DNA of 64,000 nucleotides. Source: Thalia democratica. Taxonomy: Eukaryota. The DNA lies in the NCBI GenBank assembly GCA_965202585.1, contig OZ241834.1:39866001-39930000 (forward strand), read 5' to 3'. The translations under genes and the position numbers were made by a program. Of this stretch, positions 1 through 12,766 are shown piece by piece. Position 1 is the first letter of the stretch, and every line of letters starts with the position of its first letter. The notes beneath the pieces are model-generated. The model had not been told where the DNA came from, did not search any database, and worked only from the letters and a program-made list of their open reading frames with translations.

Positions 1-3000
1 TGTCCATCTGGCTCGTCCTCTGCTGCAAGTTGTCCCTGCTCTTAGTTTTGCTGGGCCTTATGCACGGCTTGCTCGGGGCCTGGCTCGTTCTCTGACTGGG
101 TCTGCTTTGCACCTGAGACTGCCTCGTGTCCTGGTTCGGTCCGTTCTGAGACTGGCTTTGTCTGTAGCCCTGTTCTTCGAAGTTGTCAGGGTTCTGACTC
201 GGCCTGGCGTTGTTTTGTGATTGGCTCTGTCTGTACCCTGGTTCACTCGGCCGCGGGTTCTGCTGACTTTGACTCACATTCTGACTCTCCCTGTATCCTT
301 GCTGGTTCTGACTCGGTCTGACGCTTTGCGCTTCACTCTGTCTATTTCCAGAATAATCTTGCCGATAGTAATCATTATTTTGCTGACATTGGTAATCATC
401 TTGATCATACTGATCCTTATCTTGACACTGATTATTGTATTGATTTTGATAATCATCTTGGTACTGATCATTATCCTGACACTGATTATTGTCTTGATTT
501 TGATAACTATCTTGGTACTGATCATTATCCTGACACTGGTAATTGTCCTGATATTGGTCATTGTCCTGGTATTGGTCATTACCTTGGCAATTTTGTTGTT
601 TTTGGTACTGTTGTTGAGACTTACGTAGGTTCTTTTTACCGCCAGATCTTGCATATTCAATACAAGGATCAACTTTCCTCTGTTTCTTTTGATGTCCTTG
701 GCAACGACCATTGTCCTGATGTGGACCATTTTGACTCGGTCTTACATTCTGCTGATGGTTCTGGCTTGGCCTTGCACTTCCTGGTGTTTCACTCTGCCTA
801 CACCCTTGTTGACTTTGCCTCACACTTTGCGCTTGGCTAGGTCTTGTGTTTTGAGGGTTTTGAGTCTGTCTTCCTTGAGGACTTTCGCATGATCTTTCTT
901 GACTCTGACCTCTTGACTGTCCTCTTGACTGAGATCTTCCCTGACTTTGTCCTCTAGACTGAGATCTTCCTTGACTCTGGTTTCCAGAGTTATCTTGCCG
1001 GTAGTAATCATTATCTTGATGACATTGGTCGTCATCTTGATAATACTGGTCATTATCTTGACACTGACCTCTGGATTTAGATCTCCCCTGACTCTGGCCT
1101 CTGGACTGAGATCTTCCTTGTCTTACACTGGAAGGCGATTCACCTTCCCTGTAACCTTGTTCATTTTGATTACCACTTTGCGCTTGGCTGGGTCTTGTGT
1201 TCTGTTGTGGATTTTGACTTTGTCTTACATTCTGACTCTCCCTATATCCTTGCTGGTTCTGACTCTGCCTCACACTTTGTGCTTGACTGGGTCTTGTGTT
1301 TTGAGGGTTTTGACTTTGTCTTCCTTGAGGACTTTCGCTTGGTCTTCCTTGGCTCTGGCCTCTTGACTGAGATCTTCCCTGACTCTGACCTCTTGGTTGA
1401 CCTCTTGACTGAGACCTTCCTTGTCTCTCGTTCTGAGGCGACACACTCTCCCTATATCCTTGCTGGTTCTGACTCTCCCTATACCCTTGTTGGTTCTGAC
1501 TCTCCCTATATCCTTGCTGGTTCTGACTCTCCCTATATCCTTGCTGGTTTTGACTCGGTCTTACACTTTGCGCTTCACTCCGTCTATTTCCAGAGTTATC
1601 TTGCCGGTAGTAATCATTATCTTGATGACATTGGTCGTCATATTGATCATACTGGTCATTATCTTGACATTGATCATTGTCTTGGTAGTGGCCATCATTT
1701 TGATATTGATCATTGTCTTGGTACTGATAATTGTCCTGATGATACTGGCCATTACCTTGATACTCTTGTTGTTCTAGGCAATTTTGTTGATCTTGGTACT
1801 GTTGTTGTTGAGACTTACGTAGGTTCTTTTTACCGCCAGATCTTGCGTGTTCAATACAAGGATCAACTTTCCTCTGTTTCTTTTGATGTCCTTGGCTACG
1901 ACCATTGTCCTGATGTGGACCATTTTGACTCGGTCTTACATTCTGGCTCGGTCTTGCATTCTGCTGATGGTTCTGGCTTGGCCTGGCACTTCCTGGTGTT
2001 TCACTCTGCCTACACCCTTGTTGACTTTGCCTCACACTTTGTGCTTGGCTAGGTCTTGTGTTTTGAGGGTTTTGAGTCTGTCTTCCTTGAGGACTTTCGC
2101 ATGGTCTTCCTTGACTCTGACCTCTGGATTGTCCTCTGGACTGAGATCTTCCTTGTCTCTCATTCTGAGGCGATTCACTCTCCCTATATCCTTGCTGGTT
2201 ATGACTCTCCCTATATCCTTGCTGGTTCTGACTCTCCCTATATCCTTGCTGGTTCTGACTCGGTCTTACACTTTGCGCTTCACTCCGTCTATTTCCACAG
2301 TTATCTTGCCGGTAGTAATCATTATCTTGATGACATTGGTCGTCTTGATCATACTGGTCATTGTCTTGACACTGACCTCTGGATTTAGATCTTCCCTGAC
2401 TCTGGCCTCTGGACTGAGATCTTCCTTGTCTTACACTGGAAGGCGATTCACCTTCCCTGTAACCTTGTTCATTTTGATTACCACTTTGCGCTTGGCTGGG
2501 TCTTGTGTTCTGTTGTGGATTTTGACTTTGTCTTACATTCTGACTCTCCCTATATCCTTGCTGGTGTTGACTTTGCCTCACACTTTGAGCTTGGCTAGGT
2601 CTTACGCTTTGCGCTTCGCTATGTCTAACCCCAGATTGACTTTGCCGATGGTTACCCTCATCTTGGTACTGACTGTTTTGTTGACTTTGGTACTGGTCGT
2701 TACCTTGGCAATGATGTTCAGACTGATTTAGGTTCTGCTTAGACTTACTCTTAGATCTGGCGTATTCTGCACAATGTTTCACTGTGTTCTGTTTTTTTTG
2801 TTGTTTTTGACCTTGACCATTATTACCATTATTTTCTTGATGCTGACCATTTTCTTGATACTGGTTATTTTGACCCTGTTTTGCGTTTTGCGCTTCACAT
2901 TGTCTGTTGCTTTTTATATCTTCAATCTCCCTCATGTTCTTACTCGGTCTGGCATTCTGTTGTTGGTTTTGTCTGGTGTTCTGGCTTGGCCTGGCACTTC

Positions 3001-6000
3001 CTGGATTTTCACTCTGCCTACACCCTTGTTGACTTTGCCTCACACTTTGTGCTTGGCTAGGTCTTGTGTTTTGAGGGTTTTGAGTCTGTCTTCCTTGAGG
3101 ACTTTCGCATGGTCTTCCTTGACTCTGACCTCTTGACTGACCTCTGGACTGAGATCTTCCCTGACTCTGGTTTCCAGAGTTATCTTGCCGGTAGTAATCA
3201 TTATTTTGATGACATTGGTCGTCATCTTGATCATACTGATCATTATCTTGACATTGACCTCTGGATTTGGATCTTCCTTGACTCTGTCCTCTGGACTGAG
3301 ATCTTCCTTCTCTTACATTGGAAGGCGATTCACTTTCCCTGTAACCTTGTTCATTATTACTAACACTTTGCGCTTGACTGGGTCTTGTGTTTTGAGGGTT
3401 TTGACTCTGCCTGACTCCTTCAGGATTTTGACTTTGCCTGACCCCTTCAGGATTTTGACTTTGCCTGACCCCTTCAGGATTTTGACTTTGTCTTCCTTGG
3501 CTCTGTCCTCTTGACTTAGACCTACTTTGGCCTCTGGACTCGCTCCTGTCAACTTTTGTCTTAGACCTACTTTGGCTCTTGTCAACTTTGGACTGACTCT
3601 TTTTCTCTTTGTTGGTCTGGACGTAATGGTCACTGGAACCGGGACTCGATTCAAACTCGTCCCATTGGCTCACATCGTCGTCATGGTTATCGTTTACGTC
3701 GCTTCTTACGTCATCATTGTGCTGTCCATGATCATCATTGTGCTGCTGACTTGTGACGTCATCATTGTGTTGATGTTGTAGGTCTTGATTTGACTTCTTT
3801 CCTTTTGATCTCGCGTACTCTGCACAGTGGTTCGGCTTCTTCTGTCTCTTTTGCTGTTTGTTCTGATGAACACTTGATTCAGCACTTTGTGAACTTTCAA
3901 TGTTTTGTTGTTGATTTTGTTGATCATCATATTGAGGATTGCTTTGGTGCTTTTGACAATTTTTTTGCTGATTTCTTTGTTGATATTGACTATTTTTTTG
4001 CTGATACTGGTTGTTTTCGTGATGTTGACCATTATCTTGATAATGACTGTTACCTTGGTGATATTGGTCATTGTCTTGGAATTGATCAGCATCCTGATAT
4101 TGGTCATTTTCTTGGTAATGTTGTTGTTCTTGGTGTAGGTTTTGGTTAGATTTTCCATTAGACCTGGCATGTTGTGCACAAGGACTTGCTTTCTTCTGTT
4201 TTCTTTGTTGTTGTTGTTGGTATTGATCATCATTATTTTGACTATGACCATATTTATCTTGATATTGACCGTTATTATGATTATTTTGCCTATTATCTTG
4301 GTATTGATCGTTATTTGGCCTAGTTTGTTGACAATTACCGTTATTTTTGTTATGTTTACCATTATTTTGCTGATATTGGTCATTATTTTGTCTATATTGA
4401 CCATTACTTTGATGATATTGACCATTATTTTGTTCATAATTACCATTAGTTTGCCTATTTTGACCATTATTTTGATTACATGGACTATTATCTCGGTATT
4501 GGCCATTACTTTGTCTATTTTGACCGTTACTTTGATGATATTGACCATTATTTTGTTCATAATTACCATTAGTTTGCCTGTTTTGACCATTATTTTGATT
4601 ACATGGACTATTATCTTGGTATTGGCCATTATTTTTCCTGTTTTGACCGTTACTTTGATGATATTGACCATTATTTTGTTCATAATTACCATTAGTTTGC
4701 CTGTTTTGACCATTATTTTGATTACAAGGACTATTTTCATGGTATTGACCATTATTTTGCCTGTTTCGACCGTTACTTTGATGATATTGACCATTATTAT
4801 ACTCATAATTACCATTATTTTGCCTGTTTCGACCATTATTTTCATTACAAGGACTATTATCTTGGTATTGACCATTATTTTGCTGATGTTCTTGGTACTG
4901 CTCGTCACAATGTTGGTTGTCATAGTACTGTTGGTTGTCATGGTACTGTTGGTTGTCATGGTACTGCTGTTGAGACAGATCGTAACCCTGGTTATCGTCA
5001 CAGTTCATCTCATCTTGGTCGTCAAAACTTTCATCATCGAAACACCCCTGTTGCCCCCGGTTACCTGATCTCGACGACCCCTGGCCCTTCTGGTTCCTGC
5101 TCTTTGACCTCGCTCCGTTGTTGGGTTTCCTGCTCTTGCTCCTTGCTGGCGTCTTACCTCTACTCTTGTTCCTCGCTGGCGTCTTTCCTCTTTTAGGAGC
5201 TTTCTTCTTCTTGGACTGGGATCTTCCCCTCTGGACACTGTTGGATGATTTTTGTTGGGACTCATCGTTTTGTATTGTTCTTCGCTGCATGTCGATGAAA
5301 TACCTTTTAAACAAGTTGATTTAAACACCTCATGAGTGTAGCTTTATAAAACTCTGCTGCTCTTTGTTTGGTTGTGCGTTTTTTTTTATACATACTTCAA
5401 TGGTCTGATTTGTGGTCTGATGATCGAACTGGTATGTTCAACTCTTATGTTAAACTTGAGCTTACGGCATACGAAAGTCCAGGCTTCTGCACCGCAGACT
5501 TTCGCCGATGTTTTGTCCATTGATTTATGATCAAACTTTACATAACTTAAAAGTAAGCAGTTGTTGAACAAACAAACAAAAAAAATTTAGCTGTTAAAGT
5601 TTAACAAACTTTTCTGTTTCAAAAAGACAACATTGATGTTGTTGTTGAGTTATAGCACCAAAAAAAGTTATAGATACAAACATTTTAAAGTATAACAAAC
5701 TTATCAGTATTAATAATACAAGATTAATGTTGTTGTAGACTTGTAACAATAAATAAAAGATAAACATTAGTTTTTTATGAAATATAACAAACTTTTCAGT
5801 GTCAATGAGACAAGATTGATATTGTTGCTGAGTAGCTGCTGGAAACCTCATTTGATGTTGGGAATCTTTTGAGTAACATGAAGATTTCATTGGCATCTGA
5901 TTGAATCTTGTCTTTGCATCATTACCATCACTGTATTCTATTGCCATACTGTTGAGAAAATAATAGATATCAATGTAATTTATAACTGTATAAATAGTCA

Positions 6001-9000
6001 CAATACAGACTATACTATATAGTCATATTGCTACAATTGATAGGTATCTTTTTAAATAAGTATATTGAAACAAAATGTAATAGTTCAAAATCGCTGTGTT
6101 CTATTGTCATACATTTATGTTAAGATATTTAAAAAAAAGGTAAAATATAAATATCTAATAAATCACAACCACTATATTCTATTGCCATACTTAGAAAAAA
6201 GATATGATTGAAACAGAAAACAATATAACTTCATTCAATCGGTATTTCCTAATTTAATTCTGTTAAAGTTTATTTCTATTTAGAAACACAAATAAATTAA
6301 AAATCGGAAATAATATTTTATTGTCGTACTGTTAAAGTTTAAAAGTAATAACTTACTATATTTTATTATTTAAAAACTTTGTTAGACAGTCTTAATTTAC
6401 CAAAAATAAATTATTATATAGAACTTGAATTTACAACATTTTTACGGGTCAGAAAGTAGTTAATAGATTTATAAAATGTAATAAGGATTTACTTTTAGAT
6501 GTATCATAGTCATTTTATTTTTTTGTGCTTTATAACTAGTAAAAACTATAAGTTAGTTAGAAGAAAAACTTCAGTTTTAAGGGTGTAGTAAGAAATAATA
6601 ATTAGAAGTTTAGAACTAAACTGTAATTAAGCTATATTAGCATTACATTTATAAATATTACTATAATCAGCTCATAATCATTCGAGTCACTTAAAAAATA
6701 CAAAACAAAACTAAATTTAAGTGTTAGCAAGTTTTTGTAAGTGATGAAAATCATTTGGACAAAACCTAAATGTTGCTAATGTACTAAAGTTTTACATTTT
6801 CATTTTACAAACTTTGTTCTACTTTGATCAAAGTTTCAAAAAGTTGTACTTAAAAAAACAAATCTAAGTCTAGTAACATTAAAATCATAAGTAATACTAG
6901 TCATTTAAACTATTATAAATCAACACAAAAAGATCTTCTATTGGTTAAAAATATCAAAGACAGCATATAACTATGTTATGATAAGAAGACGAAAAAGTTA
7001 TAAAGCTGATGAAATTTTTTAGACATAATTTGTAAATCTCTTAGTTCTAAAGTTGTTAGAACTTAAAAATAGTGGTTGTATTGAAATCAAAAAGTTAGCA
7101 AAAATACGAAACATTATAAGCTATAACTACAAGTAAACATATTTTTTTAACCAACCTGATAACTTTTAACTCAGGTGATAATTTGTTCTGATTCCAGAAG
7201 TTCTGCAAATTTTCATTCTGATCATTGATTGGATGAAACAAGAAGTTTAATTGATCATGCGTGACGAATCTTGCGTATTCTGTCAACACCTCACCCTTAA
7301 CACAATGTCTGTATTCTAAAAAAATATTATTAATTTGAATATATGATTTACTTTTTACATAATTATTATTTACTCTTTACTAAATAACAGTAGACTGATT
7401 GAAGTTTTAACAAAAAGTAGTCTGTTTTATTTTTTTAGAATAATTTATGTATTGAAACTGTTTGTTGAAATAGTAAATAAAATATTGTTCAAATATTACG
7501 ACTTTAAGAATGAAGTTTATTTGTTTGAGTTTTGTCGATACACACTTACCGTCTACCTAATTGATTGTGTTTAAAATATTTTACTTTAGGCAAACTATCA
7601 TACATGAGTAAGCAAATAAATATTACTTTAATAATAAAATTAGATTGAGATGCATTATAAATTCTAAATAAGCAGATAAAAATCGATACAAGTTGTACAT
7701 CTAAACTCATTTGTAAAAAAAAAAAATATTGACTAAAAATATGTTAAAATAGACACCTTAAGGCTTAAATGTTCACATTTTAATAAATTAGAAGTTAATT
7801 AATTAATATTTTACTAAACTTTAAAGCTAAACGTTATGAAAAAGCTACCATAACAGTTATTGAATTTAAACACAAAACAAAAGTTTTTATTATAAGTTTT
7901 TAATTAAATATAGCAGCTTTATCTAAAAAGGTTGTTTATCCGACAACTTAGTTTAGATGTTTAAACGTCTCTATGATTTTACGATAATGCTTCGAAACTA
8001 CTTTTTGGTTTTTAAACTCGTATTGAAAATATTTTCAAGACTAAAAACAGATGCTATAACACCAACGAATTATTGTTTTAAACAAACAACTAACTGTTTC
8101 TTAACACTCCATACTTGGGTGTGAAATCATAACTATCTGGGGCTTCTACTTTGTAAGCGATAAGTGGGCATTGTTCGTTGCATTCACATTCCAACAAGAA
8201 GTTGAATTTCAAACTGTTTTTGTTACCAGGTTGCTTTGTCCATACTAATATGCTTTGGTGTTCGCTGTTTGGAAAAAATTGAGTATGAATTGCAAATATA
8301 TATTTTGATATACAATACTAAAAAATGTTTTTTGTGGATTATAAAATAAGTATATATACGCTTATATGAAAACCATCATTCATAATAGTTTTAAACGTGC
8401 TGACTATTACAAAATTAGCTTAAAAATTTCAATCTAATATTGAATAAATTTATGTGACAATTTTATGTGCTCTATATTAACCTGACAATTAACATAAAGC
8501 ATGCACTTTTATTTAGATGTTAAAGTTTAATAAGCAAAGTTTACATTAAAATTTACTCAAGTAGTGTGTTATAAAAGTAAATAAAATCATAATGATAAAA
8601 TTTTACAGTAATAAAAAAATCTGCATGTACTCAAACTTTTGTAATTGGTAGCAAATCAAATAATCTGGTGTTCACTGTACATAACTGCTCTTTAAATAAG
8701 TTTAGAAATTTTTTAAGTAAAAAACCAGAACAGACAATAATAATAAAATAAAAAGTATAACTTGCTTTTGTAAATTGATGTTAATTGGGTTTTTCAAACA
8801 AATAAATTATGGATATAATAGCATTAAGTTAAGCAAATAATTGAAAAGTATATACAATATTTACTTCAAAAAAGTAAAACATTTTAACTTTAAAAGCTTT
8901 TCTCTGAAATAAGCGTAATTATCTTACAAACAGTGTATTGTACACGAACTATTTTTTCGACTAACAAAGTTTCGCTTTATAAAAATCTAACAAGGAGTTA

Positions 9001-9251
9001 TTTACAAAAAACAATGGTTTTGATTTTTGACGACTTTGCTTGTCTTTTATTTAGAGCTCATAAGTTTATTACTATATTTTGTATATAAGCTTATTTCATA
9101 ACATATTTTGCTATTTTATGTACCAAAACTGTAATTAGCTAAATCTTTAAATCTTATATAAATTTATCAAAAAGTTTAAAGATATTAACTTAGATTTAAC
9201 TAACAAGTAATTGGTAGGACACCAGTCTGAACAACCTTCTTGATTTTCCAT
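1..9251 (-). CDS. Giant low-complexity repeat protein with N-terminal MSP/VAP-like Ig-fold domain; 6 exons, C-terminus beyond window edge (at least 1,995 aa)
   Basis: Minus-strand exons 9251-9205, 8264-8095, 7315-7156, 5948-5793, 5545-5396 and 5303-<1. All introns are GT-AG and all phases match. Translation begins MENQEGCSDWCPTNYFEHQSILVWTKQPGNKNSLKFNFLLECECNEQCPLIAYKVEAPDSYDFTPKYGVLRNKYRHCVKGEVLTEYARFVTHDQLNFLFHPINDQNENLQNFWNQNKLSPELKVISMAIEY. By eye this resembles the MSP pattern (VAP FKVKTT..Y.V.P..G, and the downstream W..). The domain call is inference and was not searched. Confidence 0.8.
2..5303 (-). CDS. Large exon of the repeat-protein gene, stop-free for 1,767 codons and open at the window edge
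   Basis: I read every triplet in this register from 5302 down to 2 and found no TAA/TAG/TGA. Product includes MQRRTIQNDESQQKSSNSVQRGRSQSKKKKAPKRGKTPARNKSRGKTPARSKSRKP..., QNNGQYQDNSPC repeats, SQGRSQSRGQ blocks and DQYDQDDDQC blocks. Confidence 0.92.
600..3500 (-). repeat. Higher-order coding repeats: about 1.0-1.2-kb modules with embedded 27-nt (9-aa) repeats NQQGYRESQ and NPEGVRQSQ
   Basis: A block starting ctgg(t/a)(g/t)tttcactctgcctacaccc occurs at 781, 1993 and 3001 (spacings 1212 and 1008, both multiples of 3). 27-nt units occur at about 1445-1545, 2178-2255 and 3405-3490. Confidence 0.85.
4380..4870 (-). repeat. Coding tandem repeat, 123-nt (41-aa) unit, about 4 copies (QNNGQYQDNSPCNQNNGQNRQTNGNYEQNNGQYHQSNGQNR)
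   Basis: The anchor cataattaccatt recurs at 4435, 4558, 4681 and 4804, exactly 123 nt apart. Confidence 0.9.
5600..5830 (-). repeat. Triplicated 91-92-bp unit containing an exon 3' end plus GTTTGT splice donor
   Basis: Three related copies on the minus strand (caacaa...caatcttgtc...actgaaaa|gtttgtta) with donors at 5792, 5700 and 5609. Confidence 0.75.
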
Positions 9252-10437
9252 TTTATTAAAACAATTTTAAAACACACGAACACAAAACAAACAGAAATTT
9301 GAAATCCAGTATGAAAATTGACAGAAGTTATTCAAGTCTAATTATTACGTTGCTAACATGTTGAAAATAATTTCGTTGTTAAGAAAAGTTTTTAACAATT
9401 TTTTGATATAATTTTTCTAGTTAGCTCTTTCAAAACACATAACTAGTTTTGTTATCATTTTTATACAAGTTTATCAGAAGACTTTATAGTTAGATAACTT
9501 AGTTAGAAATTAATCTACTTATTATATTAAATTTTTAAGTCAATTTCAATACATATTTATTCACTAGAACAGCATTTCTTTGTATGAAGTACGAAAAAAG
9601 TCTTTGTATCGAAATTTGAATATTAATGGAATATTTTAACTATTTTTCACCACAATATCTTTGAGTCGGCAGGCCATTAAAAGTCTTTAGCAGGCTAGAA
9701 TTATTATAAAAGTGTCCTAGGACTTAGCGTAACTTTAAGTAATTCTAGTAAAAAAACTAAGAAACTCTTAAAAAGCAGAATGACAGTAAAATAAATATTC
9801 AATATACACTATCTTGTACTAAGAATAAAGTTTAGACAAATTTTTTACTTATAAAAGTTTAATTAGCAGTTTTGGTTTTGTCAGTATCTTTAGACTATCT
9901 AAATTTAAAGATTTTGTCTATTGTTGATTTTATTTAATTAAACTGATCAGTTAGTTTCGTTTTTTAACATATTTAGTTTCACAATCAGATTTTTCGGCAA
10001 TTATAATTTTTTATTTGTATAACTTTAAATAATCATTAATTGGTTTTTAAATTTTTCTTGTTTTTACCTGAAAAACTATTTTGTTTATAATTGTCTACTG
10101 TTTGTTTTTCAAGATCAATATTAAAAAAGTTTTATAAAACTTTATATCAAACTTTTACAAAAAAAAACTGTAAGAGTTTGACTTTGAAAACATGTTTAAA
10201 AATGGTTTTACAATTAAATGTCTACTGATAAAAACACCATTTTGTGTTGTTCTTACTTTGTTGGAATATCTATTTGTCAAATTATCCCAAGCAAATTGCT
10301 TGTTTAAATCTGCTAATTTACATACCTACCTTTGTAAAGAACCATGTCAATTCTATTCGAAGACCTTACATAAACATCTTAAGTTGCCACACTTCAGGAA
10401 ATTTTTGTAAATTAGAAGGATTCATAAAAGTTTTCAA

Positions 10438-10704
10438 CCGTATCCATAAAATTAGATTCCGGCCAAATCTGAAACTTTTATTTAAAATAGAATCTGACTT
10501 GATCCGGATCTTGATTAAGATTATTATCCTGACGGATCCGGATTATATTTTTAAATTAGGATCCGGTTGGATCCGCATCTAAAAAGGTATTGTGCTCTTT
10601 TATAAAAAGAGTACTGGTAAATAACTTATTCGAATTGCTCCGGCCCGCAAAAGACAAAAATTTTCCGGATCCGGCTCGCTGATTAAAAACGTTGCTCACC
10701 CCAA
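10438..10704. mobile_element. GGATCC-rich non-autonomous DNA transposon remnant (hAT-like end)
   Basis: Several (cc)ggatcc(gg) palindromes in a GC-richer patch, ending in gttgctcacccc (reverse complement GGGGTGAGCAAC, TIR-like). The other end was not found. Confidence 0.45.
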
Positions 10705-12766
10705 GCATTGGTGAACAATTGTAAAAATTATTTTTCGTATAATGTGTGAAACATTTCAAATTTTCTACATCATCATTGTACTACACTACATCATGTCATT
10801 TACTTTTTATCTATAACTTTACAGTTAATTTGCCACTTTCAAGCATTGTAGATAAAGTTGTTTTTTAACGAGATTTAGCTTGAACGAGTCTGTAAAACTA
10901 CAACTTTATTAAATTAGTGCTTATTATTTACATCAATTAATGAAAATAAATCTTGATGTTATTTTTCAAACTATATTAAAATGAATAAAATAAAGTGTTA
11001 AAATACTGTTGAAATATTAAACTATTGGTTTATTTGTTGTAAATAAGTTTATAAAAAAGTTATATTCATATCAAAAAAGAGTTTCACCATGTGCGAAAAG
11101 TTTAACACTAAAACTTTTAATTAAATATATACTTATTTAATAATTGTTTTACAACTATTAAGAATTAAAACAGGTATTTACAACCTTAAAAAAACATATA
11201 GTAAAATACTCTTCCTAACTATGAAAACACATTCAATAGTATTTTTTATAGAAATCATATTAATGTTACGTGCAAGCTAGAAATTTTATAATAGATGGTG
11301 TATAAAAACAAAAAGCAAATTACATTAAAATTGTGGTTCAAAAGTTGATAAATATTTACTAATATAAACATAGAACAATTTGTTTAGAATTCACACTTCA
11401 TTAATAGTTTTTTAAGACATTAAGCTGATATTAAGAAGATATTTTATAACACAATTTAAATCTTTAGATATAGTTTATTGAATGAAAAAAAAATAAGGGG
11501 CTTAAAATACTTGGTACTAGGAACTGGTGCACGAAGAACCTTACGGTTATCGATTCGCACATCACGGGTACCTTTTAATGTCTTGTCCAGGAAATAATTA
11601 GAAATTGTTTAGGAAAACTATGTCTAGACTGCTGTTGATAGGAAAGAAAACAACTTATCTTGTAATAAATCCTACCGAATTTTAAATACAAATGAGCAGT
11701 AGTGCACCTCACGGATACCTTTTAACGTCTTGTCCAGGACAGCTATTCTTTAAGTAGTAAAAGTAACCTAAGGTGCAACGTTTTAAACAAGTTGTAAGTT
11801 GTTCGACATATTTAAGCAAAGAAATAAATAATAACAACTATAGGTGTTTCTGAAAAAAAATGTATAACGGTTTATACAGTTTAAAGGTAGAACTTTTTTT
11901 TAATAAACTGAACAAAATTTATAATATGAGTTTGCTTAAAGAATAAGCTTTAAGTTAGAAAAATTCGTCAACATAAAAATTACGTTTTATATATTACAAT
12001 GCAAGAACAAACTAAAATATTAAAAACTAATATACTTAAGAGGAATTTATTTACGCTTTAATAATAATGCTTTAAAACATCTTGAAAGAATTTAATAAAT
12101 ATTATTTCTCCTCTAGAAACTGAGATCTTTTTATTGTTTTTCGATAAATCAAAACATCTAATACTAATGAGGAGTCAGCTTTTAATTTAGGTCAATAGTT
12201 CATCAAGTTTAAAAACACAGTGTTGTTTGTTCAGTCAGTAGGGCGTTTGAACTTATTCCTGCGGACAGATATCCAAATATTCCCTGCTAGTTTCTTATTT
12301 TATACAAATTAAAATTACTTAACAATTGTGTTCTGATTTTGTTATTGTTTATTGAACGATAAAAAAAGCGCTCAAAAAGTTTGGTGTACAAAGGACCTTG
12401 TATTATGATTCATATACGTGTTTTTGTTTTTAATTATATGGTTATAGTAATCAAACCATAGTAGTTTTTTACTAAAACTTAATTTCAACAAACTACTAGA
12501 CAAACCCACAAAATTTATGTTTAAGACATGTTTAAATTTAACTATAACTATAAAAACTTTTAAATGCAAAATAAAAGTAGAATAAACTAAGACGAATGGA
12601 AAAAAACTAATTCTATTTTTGTAGCATATTTAGAACTTGTAATAGATTCTAACTAAATTTGAATTGAACTAAAACTGGTAATTTTGAAGTTTCACCTATA
12701 TGTCACAATGCGTTTGGTTTGAGTACACTGAAATAATTTTTTACTACTTGTTACATCGTTAAACAT

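Noticed and set aside
1440-2260. Regular 27-nt repeats superficially like a CRISPR array
   Set aside because: Head-to-tail coding repeats with no unique spacers, in a eukaryotic gene.
221-5068. Many long plus-strand ORFs encoding I/L/V-rich or D/S/L-rich proteins, and minus-strand M/T/I/K-rich ORFs (e.g. 3706-5001)
   Set aside because: They are antisense or off-frame shadows of the CAA/CAG/AAT/GAT-rich true frame. They are interrupted by stops, whereas the real minus frame is continuous and splices in phase to upstream exons.
5414-5435. CTGATGA followed by TCGAAC resembling a hammerhead core
   Set aside because: No stem II or GAAA, and it lies in a coding exon on the opposite strand. The same applies to CTGACGA near 45225.
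5300-5600. Possibility of a ciliate-type genetic code (TAA/TAG = Gln)
   Set aside because: The apparent in-frame stops fall inside GT-AG introns; standard-code spliced models explain everything.
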